From contig OZ024747.1 in the NCBI GenBank assembly GCA_964016885.1, positions 18,104,001 through 18,168,000 of the forward strand: a DNA stretch of 64,000 nt, in the 5' to 3' direction. Positions 52,880-64,000 of the stretch are shown piece by piece. The position numbers and the translations under genes are program-made. The notes beneath the pieces are model-generated. The model was not told the origin of the DNA. It was given only the letters and a program-made list of their open reading frames with translations, and did not search any database. Positions within the stretch are counted from its first letter, which is position 1, and the number at the start of each line of letters is the position of its first letter. The stretch comes from Eledone cirrhosa (Eukaryota).

Positions 52880-53160
52880 AGACAAAATATGACCTCTTCA
52901 CTAAGTGCAAGATTGGAGGCATTGAAACCTTTCTTATGAAATAACATCTACGCTGAGCTGGTCATGTCAACAGAATGAGTGACAAAAGAATACTAAAAGT
53001 TCTCGTGTACAGCCAGCTTGATGGTCGATATAAAAATGCTGGATGACCATGACTCAGGTACAAAGACAAGTGGACTTGAAGTGGAAGAACTGGAGATCTG
53101 TGTGTCATAATTGGATCAGGAACTTCGAGTCCGGTTGTATCCATAGGATACATGAAGCAA
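52880..53160 (+). mobile_element. Degenerate RTE (BovB-like) LINE fragment
   Basis: 'LR*AGHVNRMSDKRILKVLVYSQL...RYKD' pattern. Confidence 0.7.
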
Positions 53161-53344
53161 GAGTGGTGGCGGAGAAAAACATTTTCAAACATATCAGCAA
53201 CATTATCCTGTAAACCTCACGATCTGTGAACTTGTTTGCAAATCCTTGGCAGGTCTAAAATGTCATGCCCGATATAAACATCCAAACTGAATGAACTTAA
53301 TAGGTTGTTCGGATCCTCATGTGCCGAAATCGACGGGAGAGTCC

Positions 53345-53474
<130 letters not shown>

Positions 53475-54127
53475 TATACGGGTGTACCGAGGATAGAAAA
53501 AGTCACGGGGAATTTGGTAAATGCTTATATTATCAAATTGTTGGTTGGTATTGATTCTCATAGACGAAATATAAAATTATGTTAACATTAGTTACTCTAA
53601 AACAACGAAACAGTGAATTAGTTATTTATTCGAGCATTCGGAGATTTATCTCTTCTTAAATCTTGCCATCGTCGAAGGGAAGTAACTCTTTAACATTGAA
53701 TTCTAATTTAGGCACATGTACATCAAATTTGGGGAAGGATAAAGTTGATTAAATCAACGCCAGTACTTGAACTCAGAATGTAAAGAACCAAAGCATATAA
53801 CTACATCATAAGGTTACCTCTTAGATCGCTGTATACTGATGGTGTCATCCAACTGAAAGAACGACAGAGTAATGTTGACATTAGATCAGGGTTGCCGACA
53901 CTTTTTTCTCAATAGTACCAAAATATATAAACGCCCCAAATCCAATTCCCCACTTTCATACACCTCCCACGTGCTAACATTACAATCTTTCTTTACTTGC
54001 TTTCTCTTTACTCACGATAAAAATTTCTCATTGTTTAATAAATTGGACAGAAGTTTTCTTTCATAGAATCCGGATTTCAGTTTTTTCTCCAGAGGAGTGT
54101 AATTTTTTGTCATTATATTAACTTTTT

Positions 54128-54623
54128 GTTGACTTTGCCTTTCATCCTTACGGGGTCGATAAAATAAAGTACCAGTAATGCACTGGGTAATTGCTGGCCT
54201 TGTGCCTAAAGTAGAAACAATTATATTAACTTTTTGTGCGGTGGATTGGCAGTATCGGTAGAGGGTCGGACGCCATGCTTTGACGCATAGAGTTACGGCC
54301 CTTGCCATTCTGAGTTCAAATCCCGCCGAGGTTAACTTTGCCTTTCATCCTTACGGGGTCGATAAAATAAAGTACCAGTAATGTACTGGGTAATTTCTGG
54401 CCTTGTGCCAATAGTAGAAACAATTATATTAACTTTTTCGGTGGATTGGCAGTATCGGTAGGGAGTCGGACGCCATGCTTTGAAGCATAGAGTTACGTCC
54501 CTTTATGATCTGAGTTCAAATCCCGCCGAGGTTAACTTTGCCTTTCATCCTTACGGGGTCGATAAAATAAAGTACCAGTAATGTAATGAGTAATTGCTGG
54601 CCTTGTGCCAAAAGTAGAAACAA
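54128..54623 (+). mobile_element. Three tandem SINE family A copies (54128-54222 5'-truncated, 54240-54423, 54440-54623)
   Basis: Three SINE bodies, each bounded by attatattaactttt. Confidence 0.92.
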
Positions 54624-54780
54624 TTATATTAACTTTTTCGCCACTCACGATGGATTCAAAATGTTTCTCAAAAAAGCAAAACAGTTCAAATATTGAAAGA
54701 TAACACCGCCAAAGCACATTACACGCCGTGACACAACTGTTTAAACTGAACTGAAACGGCTGTCTTCTGAGAATTCGTCA

Positions 54781-55518
54781 TAATAATAATAATGAGATTA
54801 TTGTGTACAGTGCTCAGATGCACTACAACTCATCAAAGGTGCGTGTATAGTACATAGAATAATGTACAAATGTCAGGAAAATGAACAGTGTACGAGTCAT
54901 GAAATACATGTGTGCGTGTATATGGAGGGGGATATGAAGTATAGTGTTGGCGCATCTCCGGAAGCATGGAGGTTTTAAAGGATGCAGTGTCTCGACAGTT
55001 AATAACTGATGCAGGCAGTTTGTTCCATGCTTCAGCAACTGTGAGCGTGAAAAAATGTTTCCGAAAGTCATGGGAGCTGTGCTGTTTTCTGACTTTGTTG
55101 GCATGTCTACGTGTGTTAGACATATGGAAATCAAAAAGGTGCTCAGGGTTGTGGTTGGCAAGATGGTTAATAATTTTGTGGGTGTTTACCAAGATGTCGG
55201 AGCTTCAATGTATCCATGCCCAGGGAAGCAAGGCGTTCAGAGTATGGTAGATGCCTGGTGGAGAGTATTCGCTTGGTTGCACGTCTCTGAACAGTTTCCA
55301 GGCGGTCAATGTTCTGAGCAAGATAGGGGTTCCAGACTGGTGATGCAAATTCTAAGTGTGGCCGCATCATAGCTATATACAGCTTTAAATAGATAGCTGG
55401 AGAGCGGCTGACAAAGGTCTTGCTGAGTGATGCTAAGACACCCTCGGCCTTCTTGACAATTTTAGAGACGTGCTTCGTCCAACACAAATCGCTGCTGACA
55501 GTAATGCCCAGGTCACTC
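54781..55518 (-). mobile_element. CR1-group LINE 3' fragment
   Basis: 'RPHLEFASPVWNPY...LETVQRRATK...PYSERL' and 'FFT..VAEAWNKLP'; (ATT)n tail. Confidence 0.92.
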
Positions 55519-56563
55519 TATATTTAGATGTCTTTGTGTATTATCAGCGGAATCTATTCAAGTAAAACGTCCACTGATCGTCCCCTATAACAAATAGTGC
55601 GTTATTATTGGCTACCAGGATAATACAGAAGATGGTTGGCTACCGATTTGAAATAATACGCAAAAGAGTTCTTGATGTCGAGTGAGATCTGATGGGTAAA
55701 TACATTCAATGGATAGCTTCTCGATGTGAAAGTCATTATAGCTGATAAATGGTAAATCATTAAATATTGATTTTGGAATATCAATTAAGCCAAATTCGCA
55801 AAGTAAGTGCAATCTCTAAAACGTACCAAAAAAATCCGGACGTGGTACCAAGCGTACAGAAAAGTCAAATTAAGGGCAAATAGTACCAAATTTCCACAAA
55901 CGTACCAACTTCTGCAGCGCTGCATTATATACCTTAATGTGTGTAGCTTCTTCGTTTCAAATGATACGTCAATTTGATGATCTTTCGCGTCTTCCAGTAT
56001 CGATTCTGTCCCTGCATGCTGGCACCAGCATAGCGATCAATAAAAGCAAGACTGTGAGTATTTGCAATAGCTTCACGACCATTGGATAGTTGCAAAACCA
56101 ATGCCTCGGTATTCAGCATCCTGGGCTTCATCCTCCGAATAAAATGATTTCAACTTACAGTTAGGTAAGCTGGCGAAACTTCTTCCTTAGAACACTAAGA
56201 AAAAATCAGTAAGCCTGCATTGTCCCCAACACAGTCCACACCCTCATCAAAGTATGTGACAGGTCATAACACCACATGAACTACTTCGCCGCTTCGGATA
56301 TTTCTACAATGCTACTAAGCGGCAAAGATGTTTAGCAATTTATTCATTGTTCGCAGGATATTATTACATATATAATTAGAAACAATTATTACATATATAA
56401 TTTAATTATACAAATTTGTAGGAAAGTGTGACCCTTAAAGATTGTGTGATGTGTCTCTCCGAGGTATGCGCTCTAGGTGGCTGTCAAGTTGGCCAAATAG
56501 GGTAGTCGCATGTGAATATATTGAGAGTTAACCTCCAGAAGTTCGACTTCGTCTTCGAAGTGG

Positions 56564-57052
56564 CCCGATTTGTTTTCTCATAACATTCTTAATAATGCAT
56601 ATTTTAAAATGAAATTTTGCATAAATACGTTTTCGAATGTATAGATAACGATGCGTTGATGATATAAGAAACAATAACATTAATTACAATTGTTTTCTAT
56701 TTTATGAAAATTTATTGCGATTAGTTGGGAATCCGTTCGTTAATGTTTTCATTGCTGAATATTTTCGATTTGTGTTTGTACTAGGTTAAACATAATCTCA
56801 GAAATTGTTTTGCCATGTTTTTTAATCTCATGTTGATATTGAATAATATCAACCAGGATGACATCATAGATTTTCTAAAAGAACATAATATCATCCCTAA
56901 AACTCTGAATTTTGAAAATAAATAAATAATAATAATAAACAATTCATCAACATAATCGCAATCCATGTCTTCGTAAACGTATATCAGCCAAATTTTATTT
57001 TAAAAGATATACATATGCATTATTAGGAAAATTATGAGAAAACAAAACTGGG
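56564..57052. mobile_element. Non-autonomous DNA element with ~55-bp imperfect TIRs
   Basis: ccc..tttgttttctcataa..taataatgcata is mirrored at the right end. Confidence 0.65.
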
Positions 57053-57593
57053 ATGGAGGCACTAAATTAGTCATGCTGCCAAACTGTCGGTTGATATCAT
57101 TGTACGCAGAATTACAAAATTATGTTAACATAAATTACACTAAAATCACACAGGAAACAACTAAATAATGAATTTATTATATTAATTTATTTATGTATTC
57201 GAACTTTCAGTGATTTATCTTCTTAAATCTTCAATACAATAAGACTGATATTGATTAAATATTTATACAAACGAGCCTCATAAAGCAAGAGGTAAGCTTC
57301 TTGCAAAGCCGGTTGGTGAGTCGGGTTTAAATTATTGATTTAAACAATTTCACTTCACTTATGCCGCTAGTGGGATTAGAAAGCTATGTTCATCCTACCA
57401 TCCAGTTTCTTTCCTGTAATTCTGAGACATTTTAACTACATTAAAAAGCTGTTAATATTTTCAAAAGATGGGAAGACCTAAGTCTAAGTAATATATACAG
57501 ATATCTGCAAAATTTGATTGAAAAATATGAATAATTAGAAAGGTATGATGGGGTGGGGGAGCATTAATCTGCAGTTGCACCGCGCTCTCTCTG

Positions 57594-57626
<33 letters not shown>

Positions 57627-57786
57627 GTTATATTTAATTTGTTAGGATACAACAAGCAAAATATTATGAAAGCGCACCATAGTTTGCCTTGGTGGCCCTT
57701 GAAATATGTATAATGAAATAAATATGGTTTTATAAATATAGTTTCCATTTGTTAATATATTGTATATATATATATATATATATATT

Positions 57787-57905
57787 TATTAAAATAACAG
57801 ATTAAAGTTTAAGCAAAGAATCGCTGCTTTCTACGGTTATTATATATCTGATATTTATTTATCCTTATCGAGCCCTCTTTGGATTTTAGTCTTCAAATTT
57901 ATTAT

Positions 57906-57910
<5 letters not shown>
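57787..57910. mobile_element. Second, deleted copy of the 49713 element
   Basis: Shared sequence; flanked by (TA)n. Confidence 0.6.
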
Positions 57911-57940
<30 letters not shown>

Positions 57941-57943
<3 letters not shown>

Positions 57944-58270
57944 TTGTCCCTCGGTATTCGCGGGGGTTACGTTCCTAGAGCACCTGCTAAGAGTGGAAAA
58001 TCGCGAATATTGGACGTGGACCATAAAAATGCCTATAAAAGTCAAAATATAATGAAATAAGAGGGAGCGTCTTATGGAAAGGGGCTTCCAATGGGCCGGC
58101 AAATACGGTATTTTGTTATTAAAAAATTTGCTTTACAAATATATTTGCCATGAAAAAAACCATAAAAAATTCGCGGAAGATATTTACGATTCTGCGAACA
58201 TGCGGTGGTTTCCACGAACAATTATTTGTTAGTTTCAAAGGGAAATTCCGCGAATGTCGAGGGTACAATG
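57941..58270. mobile_element. Tigger/pogo-type MITE
   Basis: TA|CAGTTGTCCCTCGGTATTCGCGG...CCGCGAATGTCGAGGGTACAATG|TA. Confidence 0.8.
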
Positions 58271-59101
58271 TATATATCTACTTCCATACACCTCACACAC
58301 CATAACACCTCACGCTTCACCACGTCCTTACATTCAGACCATACTGTAAAGTGGTCATGTTGGTGTCACGACGAAAAGCGCCCAAACCACACTTTCTTTT
58401 TTCCTTTCCCTTCTCTTTTTTAATTATTTGTAATGTTATTTATATACAAAATAAAAAATATAGAGAGTCTGCAGTGCTGAGACAGTTAATCATGGAAGTA
58501 CTCAATGTATGTGAAGATGCAGAGTGGGTATAATCCAATATATCTTTGGCAATAAATAGGCACACCTATAGGTTATTGTTATTATTAATGTCTATATTCT
58601 TTGTTTATTTATACGTATCAAAGTCTTTCGCGACAATCTCTGACTAATGAATGCCCAATGAAGAATGTCAGTTGTTTCTTATATCAAAGTACAGATTAAC
58701 TAATCGCAGTGCCAAGTATAATTCAAAGGAGGTGCTTCGATTTAAGTATATAAGATAACACAATAAAATTAAGATAAACTAAAGTGAAAGGAAAGCCTCG
58801 ACGGTATATATTGAACACAAATATCTCATGTAAATGCATCAAGAGAGTTGATTTAACTCTTGTGTAATGTCCACGTTTCACATCCAAACATCATTATAAC
58901 ATCTAAATCGTATTGCAGTTACAGGCAGCTTTCATTTTCTTTCAGTTTCATTTACTTTCATTTTTTTTTGTCTGTATTTCATATACCTAAAACGAAACAT
59001 CTCCAATTAATACATAATTAAAAGGTAGAACTTCCGTTAAAATGTTAGAATTGGAGGGGCTTGCGTATATATACTATACATGTGTAATGTTATTATTAGC
59101 T

Positions 59102-59284
59102 GGTGGATTGGCAGTATCGGTAGAGGGTCGGACGCCATGCTTTCCAGCAGAGTTACGTCCCTTTACGATCTGAGTTCAAATCCCGCCGAGGTTGACTTTG
59201 CCTTTCATCCTTACGGGGTCGATAAAATAAAGTACCAGTAATGCACTGGGAAATTTGCTGGCCTTGTGCCAAATGTAGAAACAA
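59102..59284 (+). mobile_element. SINE family A, full length, with TSD attattagct
   Basis: A/B boxes, core, TSD on both sides. Confidence 0.92.
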
Positions 59285-60505
59285 TTATTAGCTCAGGCTT
59301 TTTTTTTACCACTAATAAAAGAAATTAAAGACATGATTATACTAACATATTTAAAGTCAATAGAAAATCAGTGTAGTAAAAACCAAAGTACAAGTATTGA
59401 AATAAATTATTGGAAAGGCTTCAGCCCCAAAAGCCCCTTAGCACCAGAAGGCTTGTAAGGTGCACCATGTATTAATTTGCTTAATTTGTGGTAATTTGAA
59501 CCAGCCTCCTGCATAAATATTTAGACATTTTATTTAGAATAGATGCACAAAGCTATATAGGTTCATGGGAAAATGTCTTCTATTATAACCTCAGTTTACC
59601 ACATGTATCTTTATGCTGACATTGTTTAAAGTAAGTGGTGACATTTGTTTATATCTTGAATAAACAATACACCTTACAGCAGAGGATTTCAACAAAGTTG
59701 AGTTGTATATATCATACTAGGCAACAGATTAAGTCTACCAACTATGGGCAATGAATTATGTCTGAACAACAGATTAAGACTAACACCAAAGTAGGCCACA
59801 GCAACATTTGAACCCCAAACCCAAAGAGTCAAAATAAATATTACAAGGCATCTTGTCCAGTGCTCTAACAATTCCACCAATCCACTGCCTTGGACTGGTA
59901 CTTTATTAACTCTGGAAGGATGAAAAGTGAAGTTGCTCTTGGCAGGATTTAAACTCAGGGCACAGAGAGCCGGAACAAATATCACAAGCCACTTTATCCT
60001 ACGCTCTAACAACTATGCCAATTTACTGCCTTTGATTGGCTCCATACTAACTGTGACATCAAGGATCTCATTAACAGTTTAAGTGGTATAGAATGACAGC
60101 AAACTTAAATGAAACCAAATTTCTCTGAATTAGTTAAGCTGGGTTTGGGCTTTTACTCTCTCACACTTGACAATTCAAGTACATGAGTTCTGAAAAACCT
60201 GAAAGTTCCATGAAAATATTTAATGTTTCCACAAAATATGGTATCTCTTAATAGAATTAAATAAAAATTTATGGTTTTTTTTAATGAATAATTTTTTTAA
60301 GACAATTTTTGTTTCAATTGATCCTATTTTTAATGTATATATTAGCTTAAAGTATGAAAAATAGTCAAACAAGTTGGGCAGCATTGCCTGAGGGATGCTG
60401 TCCACATTTTTCTGTCCCTATTAAAATACTTTTACTTTAAGCTAACATACATTCAAAATTTTTGTTTCCTTTTTTTTTCATGTAATGTTTTATTAAATTT
60501 ATAGT

Positions 60506-60682
60506 GGTGGGGATTGAGAGGGTCGGACACCATGCTTTGTAGCATAGAGTTACCTCCCTTTATGATCTGAGTTCAAATCCCGCCGAGGTTAACTTTACCT
60601 TTCATCCTTACGGGGTCGATAAAATAAAGTACCAGTAATGCACTGGGTAATTTATGGCCTTGTGCCAAAAGTAGAAACAATT
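60506..60682 (+). mobile_element. SINE family A
   Basis: Matches the family sequence. Confidence 0.88.
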
Positions 60683-60838
60683 ATTTCCACAATTTTTTTG
60701 AAAATTACACAAGGGTCCAGTTACAAAATATGTTTGGGAAGCCATTGTTTTAGACTAGACACAAAATCAACTTATGAAGTAGATAAATGTACAGGGTGGT
60801 CCGAAAGGCTTGTCACCCCTACATATTGTTTTAACTTT

Positions 60839-61015
60839 TGGCAGTATCTGTAGAGGGTCAGACACCATGCTTTCCAGCATAGTTACATCCCTTTACGATC
60901 TGAGTTCAAATCCTGCCGAGGTTGACTTTGCCTTTCATCCTTACGGGGTCGATGAAATAAAGTACCAGTAATGCACTGAGTAATTGTTGGCCTTGTGCCT
61001 AAAGTAGAAACAATT
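60839..61015 (+). mobile_element. SINE family A
   Basis: Matches the family sequence. Confidence 0.88.
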
Positions 61016-62142
61016 ATTTTTTGTTTCAATAATATAATATATAATATCATTAATTATAATATATAATAATAATAATATAATTTTCTAAAAATAATAATAT
61101 AATTTTCTTTTTGGTATGGGGTGACAAGATCTTGTATAGTCAATTGTAACTACTTTAGTTTATTACTGGTACTTATGAAAAGCAAAATGAAAAAATGATA
61201 ATGTAAAAATCTAAAAGTGTTAGTAACTAGTCAAATGTTTGTTTGTTTTGTTAAGTGTATGCTATTAAGAATTGTAAACATGTTCTCAAATTTTATTGCC
61301 AGAGATTAATTTATAGAATAAGTTAGTCAGAACAGGATAATCATTTGGCCATCATGAAAAGGATGATATCTTTTTTACTGTATTCCTTCTCGATGGCCTC
61401 ACTAACATTCTCAATAATGAACCACTTCATTTCATTCCTGAGAACTTTCTATTCTCTTCTTTGTAAATAGTGTATTATTCTTTTTTTTCTCCTTTATGCA
61501 CCTTTTTTATATTTCAAATTCATAAAAAGCTAGTGAAATAAATTATAAGAAAAGCATTAGTAGGCTAAAATAGTATCAGAAGTTGTATTGTCATGGTTCT
61601 CAGTATTGTTTGAAAGTATCTGTTATATTGAACTTATGATTATTGTAAATCACAGTGTTATTGTTAGTTCAGGATTATTCAAAAGTATGTATCCTTCTTA
61701 ATATTATTCAACAGTATCAGTTACATTAACTTATGATTATTGGAAGTTGCATTAGGCCAGATGTGAATGTAAGCCCTATTTAAAAAAGGGCCTACATTTC
61801 TTATTTTAGTGATCCCTGCTAAATACACATGATTTATATATATATATACATGGTAATGCAGTGTAGACGATCTACTTACAAGCAACAGAACAGAATAAAA
61901 GAACTAAAACTTGAGGCATGTAGTATCCCTGCACACCTCAGAATTGTTGGCCCATGCCAACTGGCTCACTTGCCTCACCCTGCTTCTGATTTAGCCTGCC
62001 ATGTTAGCATGAGACCCTCAGAAGTTATTTTGGTTTACTTATTTGTTCAAAAGTATGTTGTGTCATGTTATCTGAATGGTTACTGGAAATGGCATTGTCA
62101 TGATTCACAATATTATTAAAAAATATGTCATAGTTAACTTAA

Positions 62143-62362
62143 CCTTTTAGCATTTAAATCTGCTGTATCCGGCTAGAATTCTCTCACCTCTTTCTGTTGA
62201 AACAGGCTGTAATCAGCTGCTCTTACTGATGTTAATGTATTGTTCTCAAAATAAATAATATCAAAACCTCATAGATTCGATATTATGTGAGGTAAAACCT
62301 TTACCATGAAAATATAATAGTAAATATAATAGTATATATGGAGGAATGTAAATGCTAAAGGG
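62143..62362. mobile_element. piggyBac-type MITE
   Basis: TTAA-flanked; CCTTTTAGCATT...AATGCTAAAGGG. Confidence 0.8.
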
Positions 62363-63277
62363 TTAAGACAGTTTTTATTCTCAGCATGGAAGTTTTGATT
62401 TCTATCTTTTGTTACAAATGATATCTGCTGCCTTATTTATTTATTGTATATTGTGGTTAGTTAACAATAATCTCATTAATTACAGATAACCAATTGTTCA
62501 ATCTCTAATTTACTGAATGTGACATCATTACTGATGGTGACATCAATGGGATTCTGTGTTCAACTCCAACAATAATAAGACCATCTTACCTGCTAAAGCA
62601 GCAGTTAGCCCTGTGGGCCCCATGATAAGCTTCTCCACTTTTCCCTATCACCTGCATCCTATCTCACCTACACTCTAGCTTTCATTTCCTCCTCCATCAT
62701 TTTTAGTCATTTTGTAAGAGTCGTCTAAAAGAGTTGGTGCCAGGAAGTGCATCTAGCCATAAAACAATGCCCCCAAAAGGACCTCCTGATGAGTGTGTGT
62801 TGAACTCAGCACAAGAAATATTGCATGGTTTGACTGGAACAATCCTAGTTTGAGGGGTATGTTCTAATGTCCTACGCAGTGTACTAATTTGTCCTGAAGT
62901 GACATTGAATTGTTGTAGATTGTCTTGGTTTTTTTTTATGAGAAGGTATAAACTCCAAGAAAGAGAAAAAATAGGAAATGTTAAAATCTTCACCATTTGG
63001 ACTTGGTTCAAATGCTTGGACTTGGTGTTGATAAAATGTAATTTTCAAGGAATTCATTTTGTTTGTATGAAAATGTGGCACACAAGTTTGACATAATTTT
63101 TAAAATCGCTATGAAATGTTATATTTCTGTAAATTTTATTGCTTTTTAAAATCGTTTTAATCGAGATATTTTATTTAAATATCAGTATTGTTTTTGTTTT
63201 TGTTTTTATTAGCACTAAAGAGGAAAAGGAATCAGGATATGAAAGCACTTTGTTATTATAGAAGTACCAGTATATAT

Positions 63278-63516
63278 CATCATCATTTTACGTCCACTTT
63301 TCCCTGCTTGCAAGGGTGGAATGGGAACTGATTCTGGCTTGATTTCTACAGCTGGATGCCCTTCCTAACACCAACCTCATTTACAGTGAGTGTTGGGTCC
63401 TTTTTTTCGGCACCTCCACAACCACTTTGCAGTGGAATGATATGGACTCCAGTCCTATCATCTCATTTCTACAACTGAGTAAACTAGAGCAATGTGAAAT
63501 AAAGTGTCTTGCTCAA
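63278..63516 (-). mobile_element. SINE family B, 5'-truncated
   Basis: Close reverse-complement match to 34031-34280. Confidence 0.85.
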
Positions 63517-63766
63517 TAATAATAAACAAAAATTGAAATTTGTCTGAGTTTGAGGTTAAAAATATTGAAAATTATATAAGTTTGTGGCTTGGGATTCATA
63601 AAATATTAGTTTATATTTAATATACTGTTGATTACAATTAAAGGCGGTCAATTTGTCAGAGTCATTAGAGACTTGGATATTTGCTCCTTGTCTCTGCATT
63701 CTGAGTTCAAAATTCAGCTGAGGTCTGCTTTGCTTTTCTTCCTTTTGGGATCAATAATGAAAGGGC

Positions 63767-63987
63767 CAGTGTGGTACTGGTGCAGGCCTCCCTTATTACA
63801 GCTGTCACATCCTGGATGTTTCACTGGGGAGTTAGATGTCAGTCTGCTCACAGAGGTCCACATTGCCTTTCAACTTTTTGGGGTCAATGAAGAAAGAACC
63901 ACTCCAGTGCTGGTGTAGCCCTCCCACCTTACAGCTGTCACATCTTGGTTGTTCCATTGGGGAGTTAGGGTGTCTGTCTGCTCACAC
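63767..63987 (+). repeat. Two diverged direct repeats (~137-bp period)
   Basis: 'ttacagctgtcacatc...ggggagttag...gtctgctcaca' occurs twice. Confidence 0.7.
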
Positions 63988-64000
63988 CTGCATAAGCATT

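Noticed and set aside
55930-56360. Possible transposase remnant
   Set aside because: No convincing motif in any frame I read
59102-59190. tRNA-like A/B boxes (also ~33950 and other copies)
   Set aside because: SINE heads; no complete cloverleaf, and followed by SINE core and tail

Overview
AT-rich eukaryotic DNA, dense in microsatellites and SINEs. The repeat content looks like an octopod cephalopod (inference). Most of the window is one minus-strand gene, RIF1 (Rap1-interacting factor 1 / replication timing regulator). I reconstructed it by hand as 34 coding exons from ATG 45567 to stop 11450 (8226 nt, about 2741 aa), with GT-AG introns and consistent phases throughout. It has an N-terminal HEAT region, a large disordered exon, the GILK + RVSF PP1-docking pair and the conserved CII and CIII C-terminal subdomains. 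A candidate non-coding first exon and an E2F/CCAAT/CRE promoter lie near 48945-49160. The rest is transposon debris: tRNA-derived SINEs, CR1, RTE and CRE LINE fragments, a piggyBac remnant with MITEs, hAT and Tc1/pogo MITEs, and Penelope-like hairpins. A second minus-strand gene may start near 5.8-6.4 kb. The most unusual signals are: (1) an ~800-bp intronic foldback whose two arms each carry a replication-dependent histone mRNA 3' stem-loop; (2) a ~24-unit acidic 11-aa repeat exon inserted between CII and CIII, apparently from exon duplication; (3) a candidate stop-terminated poison exon; (4) three SINEs in tandem at one repeated target site; (5) three hairpins just upstream of the promoter.
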